64,000 nt of DNA, from assembly GCF_009834535.1 (NCBI RefSeq), contig NC_045696.1, positions 54,438,001-54,502,000 on the forward strand, given 5' to 3'. The stretch's first letter is position 1. The number at the start of each line of letters is the position of its first letter. Below the pieces are notes generated by a model, which searched no databases, was not told the DNA's origin, and saw only the letters and a program-made list of their open reading frames with translations. Below are positions 26,366 through 37,839 of the stretch, piece by piece. The DNA is from Camelus ferus (taxonomy: Eukaryota). A program made the translations under genes and the position numbers.

Positions 26366-26739
26366 AAATTTTCACAAGGATATAAAAATTGTACAGGTAA
26401 TAATTTCCACCTAACCCTGCACTGAATACAATTTATTTTTTCCCCTAAAAATAAGATGACATTTAAATATCTTACTATGTCTCACTGTTAGGCTAGATAA
26501 AATAATCATCTTGTTCTGGCTATACTGAGATATTTCTTTTTGACATTAATTTAGAGATTAATAGAATCCTGCTTAATAGTTTATTTTATGTACGAGGTTT
26601 GAAATAAGAGTGAACGTTACAGGAGGGTTATACCTAGATATTAAATGAACATTTCCTGACATACTATGTACAAAATTCAATTTATAAGTCAGTTGTTCAA
26701 AACTTAGAATGTACAATTCCCATTGAAATTATGTTGTAA

Positions 26740-27180
26740 ATAACTCATGTCTTCCCCTGCACTGCTTTAGTTTCACCTGTGATTTATGGCATATCATTTA
26801 TGCCATATATTTCAATTACTTGTGTAAATTCCCCTTCTTTCCTTCCCTGCACAACACAGACTGTAAGTTGTGTGAAGGCAGATCGTGTGCCTTGCCTTCA
26901 TCTTAATATAGAACCTCAATATCTAGCACTGCCCTTTACTCATAGCACACACCCACTCCTCCATCCATCTTTTCATTCATTCACTGTAGTATGGCTACTA
27001 CGTGCCAGGCACTGGGACAGATGCTGAGGATACAAGGTGAGTAAGAGAGGCATGTACTTTGCCTGTATGGAGCTTGTGATCTGATGAGGAGGATAAGCAA
27101 ATATTTACATAACTATGGAATTAAAAATTGTTGTATGTGCTATAAAGGAAAACTATGAGGAATATTGAAAGCATAAATAA
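26740..27180. mobile_element. Two LINE-2 3' ends, tail to tail (plus about 26740-26950, minus about 26970-27180)
   Basis: agactgtaagttgtgtgaaggcag (sense), then ttcattcattc...ctactacgtgccaggcactggg...ggagcttgtgatctg (antisense). Confidence 0.7.
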
Positions 27181-27289
27181 AAGACAAAGTGTAAGATATT
27201 AGAAGTCAATAACTTTCACATATAAGAAATTAGATAAATTGCATCCATACGTGTGCCTATTGCAAGTAACTTTTAATTTTAAAAAAAAA

Positions 27290-27333
27290 TTAAATTTTTA
27301 TTTAGTGTTTTAATTGAAGTATAGTTGATTTAC
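27290..27333 (-). mobile_element. Very short LINE-1 3' tail
   Basis: ttttaattgaagtatagttgatttac is the antisense extreme 3' end of artiodactyl-type L1. Confidence 0.6.
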
Positions 27334-28599
27334 TTTGAAAAACTATAATTGGCTGTGATGGAATTTTAAACAATCTGTAAGTAAATAGTCATCTATAACC
27401 ACATTTCAGTGAGAAAATGCATCCTGAGATGCTTCTTCAAAGGCTCAAGACAGAACATGGACCCTTTCTAACCCTCCATCCTTGGTAGCAAAAACAGGCA
27501 TCTGCCTATTCCTGTTGAGACGTAGGTACAAAGTAAGGTTGATTTCTTTCTATTACGGAGGGGAATGATGGCTTCCAAAGCAAAGTGTGGGGCCTGATCA
27601 CACTCTAGAACCATTCTGGGCCATCCTTACTTGAGGATCCTTGGACACCGGCAAGAGAAAGAAAGGCCATCATCATACCATTGTCAAAATGGCTAATTTC
27701 ATTCTGAGTCACTTTCCCACCATATCAGCGCTAATGCCAACTACTTCCACGCCTTTCGCATGAGTGCTCACAGGACGTTGCCAGGTCTCCATTGTGACAA
27801 TTGTGTCTCTTTACCAGTCAGTGTAAGAGCTGGCATGGACCTGAGGCTCCTTGTTATTGCCTTTGCACAGACACAGCCATGCGATTAGATGATCCTTGTA
27901 CACTCAGGCACCCTGGATGCTTGACAGTCACAGATTTTAGACATATTCTAAATAGCATGGTAGATAGGCCCAGTGAAATAATTAGGGGGATTGGCTTTGA
28001 TCACTGACTTTTGTGTAAGCCTCGAGTCCGAGTGAACAGCAATTCTATACTTAATTGGTAAATAGAAATGGAAATTGATAAAAACTGAATAAGCAACAAA
28101 TGTTTCCAATTTGAATATGCCAAAATTAAAACTATTATCTTTCATCTGTAATCTTCATCCAATATTGCTGACTTTATTCAAAATGTACTTTTCTCTTATG
28201 AAATAGCTGATTACATGTTTTCTTCCCCTGCTCGCATTTTCCTTTATCTCCTCTCTCCATGGGTTATTCTACTTCCACTCTTTTGAGAAATGTCTTCTAT
28301 TTTGACATTGATTTTGAAATCATGCATGCCCAAACATTTCTCATCCAAGCAACCTTGTATCTCCAATCTTTGTTCTTCTTAATAGAGCACATTCATCCAA
28401 CACACACAAACACAGGCTTTCTACATGATTGGCAATGACTAGCACACTTCTCTTCGCAACAGATTCTGGAATAAATGGCAGCATGGGTAAGAAGTGGGTG
28501 TCTGTTACAAAGTTCTGGGCCTAGAGAAAAATCTCGTATGGCTTCTATCTGAAAGAAGCTGGACACCAGGTCCTTGTTTTAGGAACAAAGAAGGACCAT

Positions 28600-28772
28600 T
28601 CCCCAGTGCTTTGCACAACTTCTGTTAGCACTTAAAGATGATGTCATTTCTTATTTATTTCCTTTTCTCCTCACTAACTTATGAGCTCTCTGAGTATCAG
28701 AATGGTTTCTACTCTGTTTGTATCCCTAGTACTTAATACAACAGCTGGTTCATAGTAAGTGCTTAATTAATA
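28600..28772 (+). mobile_element. LINE-2 3' end
   Basis: tcactaacttatgagctctctgag...tgtatccctagtacttaatacaacagctggttcatagtaagtgcttaat. Confidence 0.7.
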
Positions 28773-29209
28773 TTAGGAAAGGGAAGGGAAAGGAAGGGAA
28801 GGGGAAAATGTGACCTTGATAGTAAGAAAGAGGGGATCTGAGTCAATAATTAGGCAACTCTGGCAATCTTTACGGACCACAGATTTATCTACTCTGAAAT
28901 GGTTGGATTTGAATATATCCAAATTTCTTCTAGCTTTGTATTTTATGGCTGTACCTGGAAGGCTGGTGCATGTGCATGCATTTTGCATGGTGTGTATGAA
29001 AAGCATTGCTGTGTAAGTAAAAAGCAATACATCCATAAAAATTCATGACTGTTTTAACAAAAAGTTTGATTCCATTGTTGTAACTCATCAAGATTTCAGG
29101 TTTTTCCTTTGAAAACCAGTACATGCATAAATTCTAAATTTACTTGTCAGAATTTGGATAAACTAAAAGGGGCCTATTAAGAACCCAAGCAAAAAGAAAA
29201 AGAAAGAAA

Positions 29210-29430
29210 CAGTCATTTATTGTAGACTTATACCATGCTAGGCCCTGAGCAAAGTACCTTGCCTAAGTTACCTAATGTAATCCTCTTGACAACCTTATTA
29301 AGTTATCATCACTCTTTTCTACATGAGGAAACTGAGGTTCTGCAAGATGAAGCAATGTGCCCAGGCTACAAAGCCAGTGACAGATCTCTCAGTCTGTCCC
29401 GTTTCTGCTGGACCCTAAAAAACAGTGCTC
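29210..29430 (-). mobile_element. MIR SINE
   Basis: catttattg...taatcctcttgacaacctt...acatgaggaaactgaggt. Confidence 0.8.
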
Positions 29431-30234
29431 TTTCACTATGCAAAACTGCATCTGATGATGAAAACACAAGCTTTACATTTTATTTACATCACAAACCATG
29501 TCAATAGAGAGTTGACATACCCAGGAGCACTGTCTCTCAGACCTTTCCTTCTAAGTACCCTAGAGACAAAAAACAGGAAATGCATGCCTTTGGGGCTGGC
29601 TCTGGTCACCTGATGCAGCTGCTGCAGAGATAGTGCTGTTTGAATCCACCTGCTTCTTCAACGTTAATATATGATTCTCTTAAATAAGAGATCTATGTTT
29701 TAACATGGAAACAACAACCCCCTTCCTTGAAATCACTAAGTAAAACTTACACTCCAGGAACACATGTCATGTTTTTCAGTGGCTCAGAGAGCTCATTCAC
29801 ACTCCTGGACACCACTAGGAATATTCACGTCTCCAATGAACAGTAATAGCCCAGGTCTTTCATGAGACATAGGGAGTTAGAGTATTTTCTCACAGCCAAG
29901 CTAAGGGTATGCCTACTTTCTTGCAAAAAAAAAAAAAAAGGGTTATTCAAGTATCCAAAAGCAGTGTTAAATGGTTTCTTGAACCTTAATACATGAGGAC
30001 ACTTGATCTTTTTCTTTTCTTCCTTTCTTGGGAGAGAGAGTTTTTTTGTTTTTTTTTTGAAAGAAAAGTCTTAAAAAACAGTAGAAGATGGAACTTAATA
30101 TTGCGGAAATCCCGAAAACCTTTTAGAATATTAGAAACTAAGTTATCCTTCTTGTTCCTATTCATCTAAATGTGAAAGCTTTGAAAATGTTGTCTTTTTA
30201 TCATAGATATATTTTCTTTCTTTAACTCAGAGGA

Positions 30235-30415
30235 TCAAAGACTCCAGGAGCTAGAAGAAATCTTATAGATCATATATTCCAACTTCTTTTTCTGTATGTG
30301 AGGGAATTGAGATACTGTGAGTGAAAATTACTAATCCAATGTGACAGAACTAATTGGGAGCAGATCGAGACCCTAGAACTCAGATCTCCTGCTTCCCAGC
30401 CAGGGCCCTTAGCAT
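30235..30415 (-). mobile_element. MIR3/MIR SINE
   Basis: gagctagaagaaatcttatagatcat...gtgagggaattgagatac...ctagaactcagatctcctgcttcccag. Confidence 0.7.
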
Positions 30416-33400
30416 AGCAGATACTTCCAATATTAGTCATAACTTGGCTTTCTAAGGGAGTATCCCACCTTGCATTTGAATAATATTTCGGCAGGCAACA
30501 ATTCTGAATTAGAATCCAAGAATGTAGATCGCCAGTTGGGCAAGATTCCCAATTGCCATTTAGAAGCTGAGAGATATGAAAGAGGCCAAGATGGGTCAGA
30601 AATGCCTACTCTCCTTATCAGTGGGCTGGCCTATAGTTCACAAGGGGCAAAATCTGTTGTCCAGCAGAATTAAACCTGGCAGTTTCACTGGCTAACTGCA
30701 CTGCTTTCTAATTTGGCTTGGTAAACAAAATCTAAAGTTAACTATATAATATCAATTTTAAAAAAGCATGCCACGGACTTAGATGTTACTAATCTAATCC
30801 AATTTGCTATCTGCCCTCAGTGATAAGTTTATAGTTTTTTAAATGATTAGATTAAAACAAATAAGTAGTAGAGGGTAGTAGGCTCAATTAATATGTTTTT
30901 GTTTTGCTGTTGTGCAGATTAAACGAGTCAATACATGGTGGCCTTTTGAGCAGTTCGGGCACATATTACGATTCCAATAACTAACTGTAAAGGGAGTATT
31001 TTAGGATCCAGTGCCTGAGTAGAGAAGGACAGAGTGATGACACTTAGAATTAGGCTGCAGATAAGTCAGGACTGTTTCAAGGGGCCTCTGGAAATTTTCT
31101 GCTCTCTTTCTAGGATAGCTCCTCAGCTTAGATCAGTTCCTCAAACTCCAGGAAGAATTACATTTACATAAAACACCCAAATGCCCAAAGGCTTCTTCTA
31201 AGACACCAGGAATTCACAGACATTTCCTACCTGAACTGCAGTTCTGCTCATTTAGCAAAGTATCATTGCAGAAAATTATCCGAGACGTCTATACCTACAC
31301 TACCCACTTCTGCAAAACCCTGAGGGATAGACTGTAGTTTTTAAGTAAAGAGCTCAGAAGCTCTCCTAAGATGATTCTTCCTAGTTTCCTCTTAATTGAA
31401 TTAGTCAGTTAATAGAATCAAATCACCATTTCTCAGCAGTGATTCCAAACCTTGGAATTCACTATGGTTTGTCCTTTACTCCAGGTTTCTGCAAATCAAA
31501 TCTGGTATTACCAACCAAATTCTCTTCCTTCTTTTTGGAAAATGAAAGGGGAAGGAAAACAAATAGCCACTAAATTTTCACCAACATTTAGATATGTAGT
31601 CACATACATTAAAGTAAGATTTTGTTTATACGAATTCAGTATCACCTTCTTTCTTGTTTTCCCATGGCCTCGATAAAATTATCTGAGTTCATCCCATTTA
31701 AGTTATTAGGCAGACAGATTAAGAATAGTTTCATAGTCTGACTTGTTTCAGTGAAAGTGCTCTAATGAAGAATAAATTTATCTAATAATTACTCTATTTC
31801 TCCCATTTTCAACTGCATTTTAAAAAATTAAGTTTAATATTAAGTTAATATATGCACTGTCAAAATTCAAGGTGTACAGAAAAGTGAATGCTACTTTTAA
31901 TGGGTTTTTTAATAAACTGTGAATCATAATTAAGATTACATTGTCTAGAATATGATACATTGTTTCAACTGCACAAAAAGATCAGGTTTAAAAAAATATT
32001 TAACATTGTGTCCCCTTTACGTGAGATCTGTAAGGTTTTTTTTGGTAGGGATAATTCTTGAACATAATTCTGCACTCACTACATTTCATCAGCTCCAAAT
32101 ATTATGCCTCCTGTCTCCTTACAGAAAGAGAAGCCACAGAGGTAAGCTATATTCCTACACTTTTGAAGAGTCATGTTAGGATTTGGGTAACTATTTAATT
32201 GAATACTAACAAAAGTTAGGATAAGAGTCTATTTAAGGAAAATGGTTCCTGATTAGACAGACAACAGGGCAAGGTCATCTGCAGGCAGAATGACCAGGAC
32301 ACCCTATGATAAGGATGCAAACCCCTCAAAGGAGTCTTTTTCTAGCAGGTATTGGAAGGGAGGCCAAATATATTCTCTATTGAGTCACGTAATTTAGGAA
32401 AGAAAAAGGAACTAAGCAAGTTAATTTTGAAATTTACAATTTTCCAGGGTAGGGAGAAGTAATTAGGAGTCTAGGTAGTCAAGGAGATTCCAAGTTGAAG
32501 TTTGACAGAAGACCAAGTAGGTAATAAGTAGGTTAAAATGAAAGGGGAAACACAACATATTAATCTCTAATCTAGGGATGGATCTGAAGGTCAGAAACAG
32601 CATATTCATGTTAGGTTTTCCGACTGTGGATGTGTGTGGTGATGGAGAGAGCAGAGGATGAAGGAGAGTGGGGCAGGGGGAAGCAAAGGGAGCACATTTG
32701 CATTGTTTTCAGTATAGAAGAAATAGAGCCTTGAAATTTGCTAGATGACACTGGTTATAGCTCAAGGGATAAGCCTTTAAGAATGAGAGTGAAGTGCTAG
32801 AAAGGAGAGTTCTACCATGTGTTTTCAAGGAGCCATTTGCTTTTTAAGAAGAAAACTAACATCACTGCCCTACTGATTACAGGGTACTGGGTGACATATT
32901 CTATTGGCAAGAATATGGAACTCAGAATGGGTATCTCATGATCTGCCAGTGGCTTTCCATGAAGTATCATTTGTTAGTAAATAATATACATGGAAAACAT
33001 GCATCTCCTTTCCATTTCACAAAAATAGTATGAAGATTTCCTTATTAAAACAGTGCTTTGAACTCCTGGTAAATACTCTATTAATACAATATGTAATTAT
33101 TTATTTCCATGAGCCAGTACATCAGACAATGACTTTTAGATGCATTTTAAGCCAAATTTAATTATCTTTTCTGAAGCTTGGAAATATTCTGTTTCTATTT
33201 GGTCAGATGCCAGGACAACATATCTAGCTGATATAGGTTGATTTATTCCAACCAGCTTTCCCAAGTTAGTATCAGCTAGTTTATAAAAACCAGCTAATAG
33301 GCTTTTGCAGGTTTCTCTGAAATTAATTGCAGTAGATTTAAATTAATTGCAAAGTTGATAAAGGAATTCCCAAGGAACTCTCAGGTTTTAAAATGTATAA

Positions 33401-35149
33401 TGTTACCACTGGTAAACATCAGACAGCCATGACTATAGAAAGGTCCTATATCCTGGGTGTTATCCTCACTACCTAAATGATCACAGAGAATAACATTCCT
33501 ACATTTTCAGGCTATCTTTATTAAATTAATTAAAAATACACATCTATTCAGTGAACAAACATTTAGGGAGCATTCATAATGTGCCAGACAGTGTGCTAGA
33601 TACTGGAGACAGAAGTATAAACATAAAGAAATGTTTAGCTGATGAAAGGATTATACAATCAGGTATACTCTGTTTATCTTCTAACAAAAATACAGCAGTC
33701 GACAACTTATAAAAGTAGGGGGTTGTGGGTTAGGCTACTGTCTAAGGTGACAGAGACATATGGCTCTATGTTTGGAAAACCTTTAGCACGTTTCTGGCTT
33801 GATGGGCTTGTTTTAACAAGCAGGTTTTATAAAGAAAGTATCAGCCCAGCAAGTCACATGGTGAATCAAAGCGTACTTGGAGAAAGTGTGCTTAAACAAA
33901 GAGACGACTGGCTCTGCTTGGAATAGTTTACACTCTAAGTTTTTAGAGGGAAAGTGAGAATTGCAATGAAACAAAACTGAAGTACATGGTTTTCTATGAA
34001 AAATCTAGAAAAGAAAAACAAGTGGTATGCTGCAGTGGTTTTATGTGCTAAGCCCAATTCTGTTTGAATTTTTCCAACACAGGTCTAGTAAGCAATAGAA
34101 AAGAGAACATGAAAACTTAGATAACACCACCCTGGGACAGTCAAATAAGAAATGAACTACACCAAATTGAACTGCTGGAAGGACTCTCCTGAAACACATG
34201 GCTTGCTCTAGACACCTAGTTGATAACTTGAAACAACTAAGAACTTCAGAGTACAAAGAGAGATCAGAGAATACCAAGAGGAGAGTACTGAAAATATTTA
34301 AAGACCAAACACGTTAAATAAGAAGGAACATGCACAAATTAAAATTTTTGTAAAACCCCACCATTTGGGGATGCCTGAAAAATAATTTAAATAAGTAAAA
34401 TTTCTAAAATATATATTTAAAGAAATCATGTTTAAGGCTTTCAAAGAAACATAGTGACTAACTGCTGACAAAGTTTATCCAAGCTTGCTGGACTAGTTTT
34501 AATGAATAGATGAGGCTGATTGTAATTAGCAGCACTCATCTGTGTAAAATGAGTATCCGATAATTTATTTAAATTGGCTCCCCCCTTCCTTAAAATGGTC
34601 TGTAAAAGTGCTTTCCTTTAGAGTGAATTAAACTTAATTTTGTTTAGAGGCTTTTTGTGGATATATTGAGACGTGTTCAAAACTAAATGGAGGCATTCTG
34701 AGTTGTTGTAAAGAAGAGGTTGAAAATCACTTATTTATAACCCTATTTATTGACCTAACAAATTTCAAGATTTTACAATAATGAAAGTGATTATAAACTA
34801 GATCATCAAATCTTATGAGATACGCTGAGTATATTTGAGTTATAGATTAAACAAAATGCCAAATACACCAAGAGTGAACAACTGGTAAATACAGAAAGAC
34901 ATAAGCAGGGAGCTTTCCCTGATTAATTCTTTCAGCAACATAATTCCAGATAAAATGTTGTTAGAATAGAAATGCATCGACAATCATCTTACTTTACTCA
35001 AGGTAAAATTGCAAGTTATTAAAACAATCCAAAAAAGGCAAATTAGTAGAATTACTAAAATACTTTTTATCTTTTGAAAATAACTAAATCATTTTGTAAT
35101 ACTTTCATAGAAAAAGGTCATTTAATTTAAAAAAATGTAGAAACTGTAA

Positions 35150-36330
35150 AGTGATATGTTACCTAGAAATTACCATTATTGATGTTTTTCATAATGACTC
35201 CTTTAGGTACTTATGCAAATATACATATATTAATATAAACACATAAGGATACACAACCAGGAAAATGTCCCATATATTGTTCTGCAATCTTTTTTTTTTC
35301 CCCTACTCAACAATATGTTCTGGGAATTTTCAAATAAATTAATTCTACATCATTATTTCAAAGGAACTACAAAATCCAATTATAATATGAGCCATCATTC
35401 AATTAAATAATACTTGATGAACATTTAGGTTGTTTTATTATAACTCCTATTATAAAGCATTCTGCTGTGAATATTTTTATAGCTACAGTATTAGCTACAG
35501 TAACTTTCTAGAACTGAGACTGCAAGGTTAAATCTATGCACAATGAGCATTGGAATATATTATATATTAGTGCACAGGAGTTGCTCATTCTACAAATCTT
35601 TGTCCAGTTTGTTAAGTGAACAACTGTTCTTTCCCTCTTCCTTTGCCTTCCCTTGTCTGTTCTCCCCTCTTCTCTCCTCTCTCCACTCATTCTCTCTCTC
35701 CCCCTTCCTATCTATCTTTACTAGCCACTCACATTTTATCTTTTGTCTATTGCCTATTTAGATTCTTTGTCAGTTTCCCTATTGAGATTATTATTTTTCC
35801 TTATTGTTAAGAGATTTTATATACTAAGGATATGAATGCTATTGCACATATTTCTTACTAAGTTTCATTTTTCTTTCAAATATACCATATGTTGTTCTTT
35901 TGTCTTTAAAAAGTTTTGTGGACTATATGATTTGCATTTATAAATATTTTCCTTTATTGCTTCTAACTCTTAGGGTGTTATTAAAATGGGCTTCCTTACT
36001 CAAAGATTTTAAACTTTATCTTGAATTTTTTTGTAATTCTATTTTTACATCTGTTTTTCATTCATCTTTACTTTTAGTCTGTACAAGGCCTTTAGTCTAA
36101 TGTAAGAAAGGGATCTAGCTTTTCTTTCTTCCTAATAGCTAGCTAGCTGTCTCACACAATGTACTGATCTGAAAAGCCCTTTTTGTCATACATGACATTC
36201 TCTTATAGTTTTGAGCCTTCGACTCCCTGTTCTACAATCCATTATACCAATTAAATCACATTGTTTTAAGTATTGAAGTCCTATAATGGATTCAATAATT
36301 GATTTTAAAAGTTATTTTTTTTTAATTTTT
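35150..36330 (-). mobile_element. Ancient LINE-1 (L1ME-like) remnant
   Basis: atattgttctgcaatcttttt...tactcaacaatatg; tgatgaacatttaggttgtttt; T-rich antisense L1 character. Confidence 0.65.
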
Positions 36331-37450
36331 GAAATCTGTCTTAAGGTATATGTTCGTTCAACTTAATCATGGGAAATAATACATGCCACAGGGCTAGGCT
36401 ATGTGTGAAGCACATCCTTTCAGTTAAAAGCTTTCAGTGAAGAAGTTGATCTGATGATTTAATAGTTTATTTTTCTGCATTTTAGTGCCTCGACACAGAC
36501 AGGTTATCCTACTCACTCCTCTTCATCAGGCCAGACAGTGAACGCATCAGGACATGGGCAGTCAAATCAGGTATATATGCAGCTACTTGCTATTCCCTTC
36601 TTTAAAGCATCCATTAGTGGACTCACAGCCTTTAAAAGTTACAACAATTAAGGCATTCTTTTCTCTTCTCTTCAGTTGGAAAGCAAGACTCAACTCAGGT
36701 TATTACAGACCCCTAACCCTTTAGTTATCTGCGCTTTGCATTTGATCCTTTTTGTCTTCCTTTCTTAGGTTCCCTGAAGGAAATAGCAAGAGGGATCTTC
36801 CTGCAGGAGCATCTTTCCCTGAAGTGACAAGGAAGCAGCATCTCTCACAGCTGGCAATGCATGCCTGCATAATACCTGGATGCCAGAAGTGCTCTTGAAG
36901 AACAAACAGGCAACCTGTTTCCTCCTCAAGCAGCATCAAAAGCTGTCAAAACCACAGGTGCACCAGGAACCACCCCTCCATCAAGCTGTTTACATTCCTC
37001 TTGCAGTCTAGCATTTGGCAGCTGAGGTGGATTCTGGCCTTTGGCAGCAGAGACAATATATCTCTTAGGATTTAAGTCATACAGATGGTGTTGCAATTTA
37101 GCAGTTTAATGCCTGCCTCCCACAGTGCTATGGTGTCAAAGACCCTGGACCAGGCAGTGAAACATTTTCATTTAAAAAAAAAAAAAAAGGATAGGGTCAT
37201 ACAAGCCAATTATGCAGTTTCCCCTCCTGCTCCAGGTCTTTGAATTCTTGCTTTGAACTATAGTCTTTGTATAACTGATGACTGGTGGCTATGGAGGCTA
37301 AAAAGTAGAATAAAATGAGTTGCACCTAGTCTTATTTTAAAAGCATATTGAGAATGATTAACTTTACATATTGTCTTCACAGATGACTTGCAGGAATGTT
37401 AATATATAACTTAGTCTTTATTTTATACTTGCAAAAATTCCTGACCTCAA

Positions 37451-37839
37451 CTTTTTTTTTTTTAACATTTTTTATTGATTTATAATCATTTTACAATGTT
37501 GTGTCAAATTCCAGTGTAGAGCACAATTTTTCAGTTATACACGAACATATATATATTCATTGTCACATTTTTTTTCTCTCTGAGCTACCATAAGATCTTG
37601 TATATATTTCCCTGTGCTACACAGCATGATCTTGTTTATCTATTCTACAATTTTGAAATCCCAGTCTATCCCTTCCCACCCCCCGCCCCCTTGGCAAACA
37701 TAAGTTTGTATTCTATGTCTATGAGTCTATTTCTGTTTTGTATTTATGCTTTGTTTGTTTATTTTAGATTCCACATATGAGCGATCTCATATGGTATTTT
37801 TCTTTCTCTTTCTGGCTTACTTCACTTAGAATGACATTC
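37451..37839 (-). mobile_element. Young 5'-truncated LINE-1, camelid-type 3'UTR, with perfect TSD
   Basis: Poly-T then aacattttttattgatttataatcattttacaatgttgtgtcaaattccagtgtagagcac... Flanked by identical tcctgacctcaa at 37439-37450 and 37840-37851. Confidence 0.95.

Noticed and set aside
33221..33290. Resemblance of atctagctg...agctag to the miR-9 hairpin
   Set aside because: Lacks the miR-9 5' sequence tctttggtt and a continuous pre-miRNA stem.
34080..34310. Possible pseudogene or exon fragment
   Set aside because: Stops in all frames and no protein recognised. At most a faint CR1/L3-like remnant, as is 59560-59820; too weak to call.
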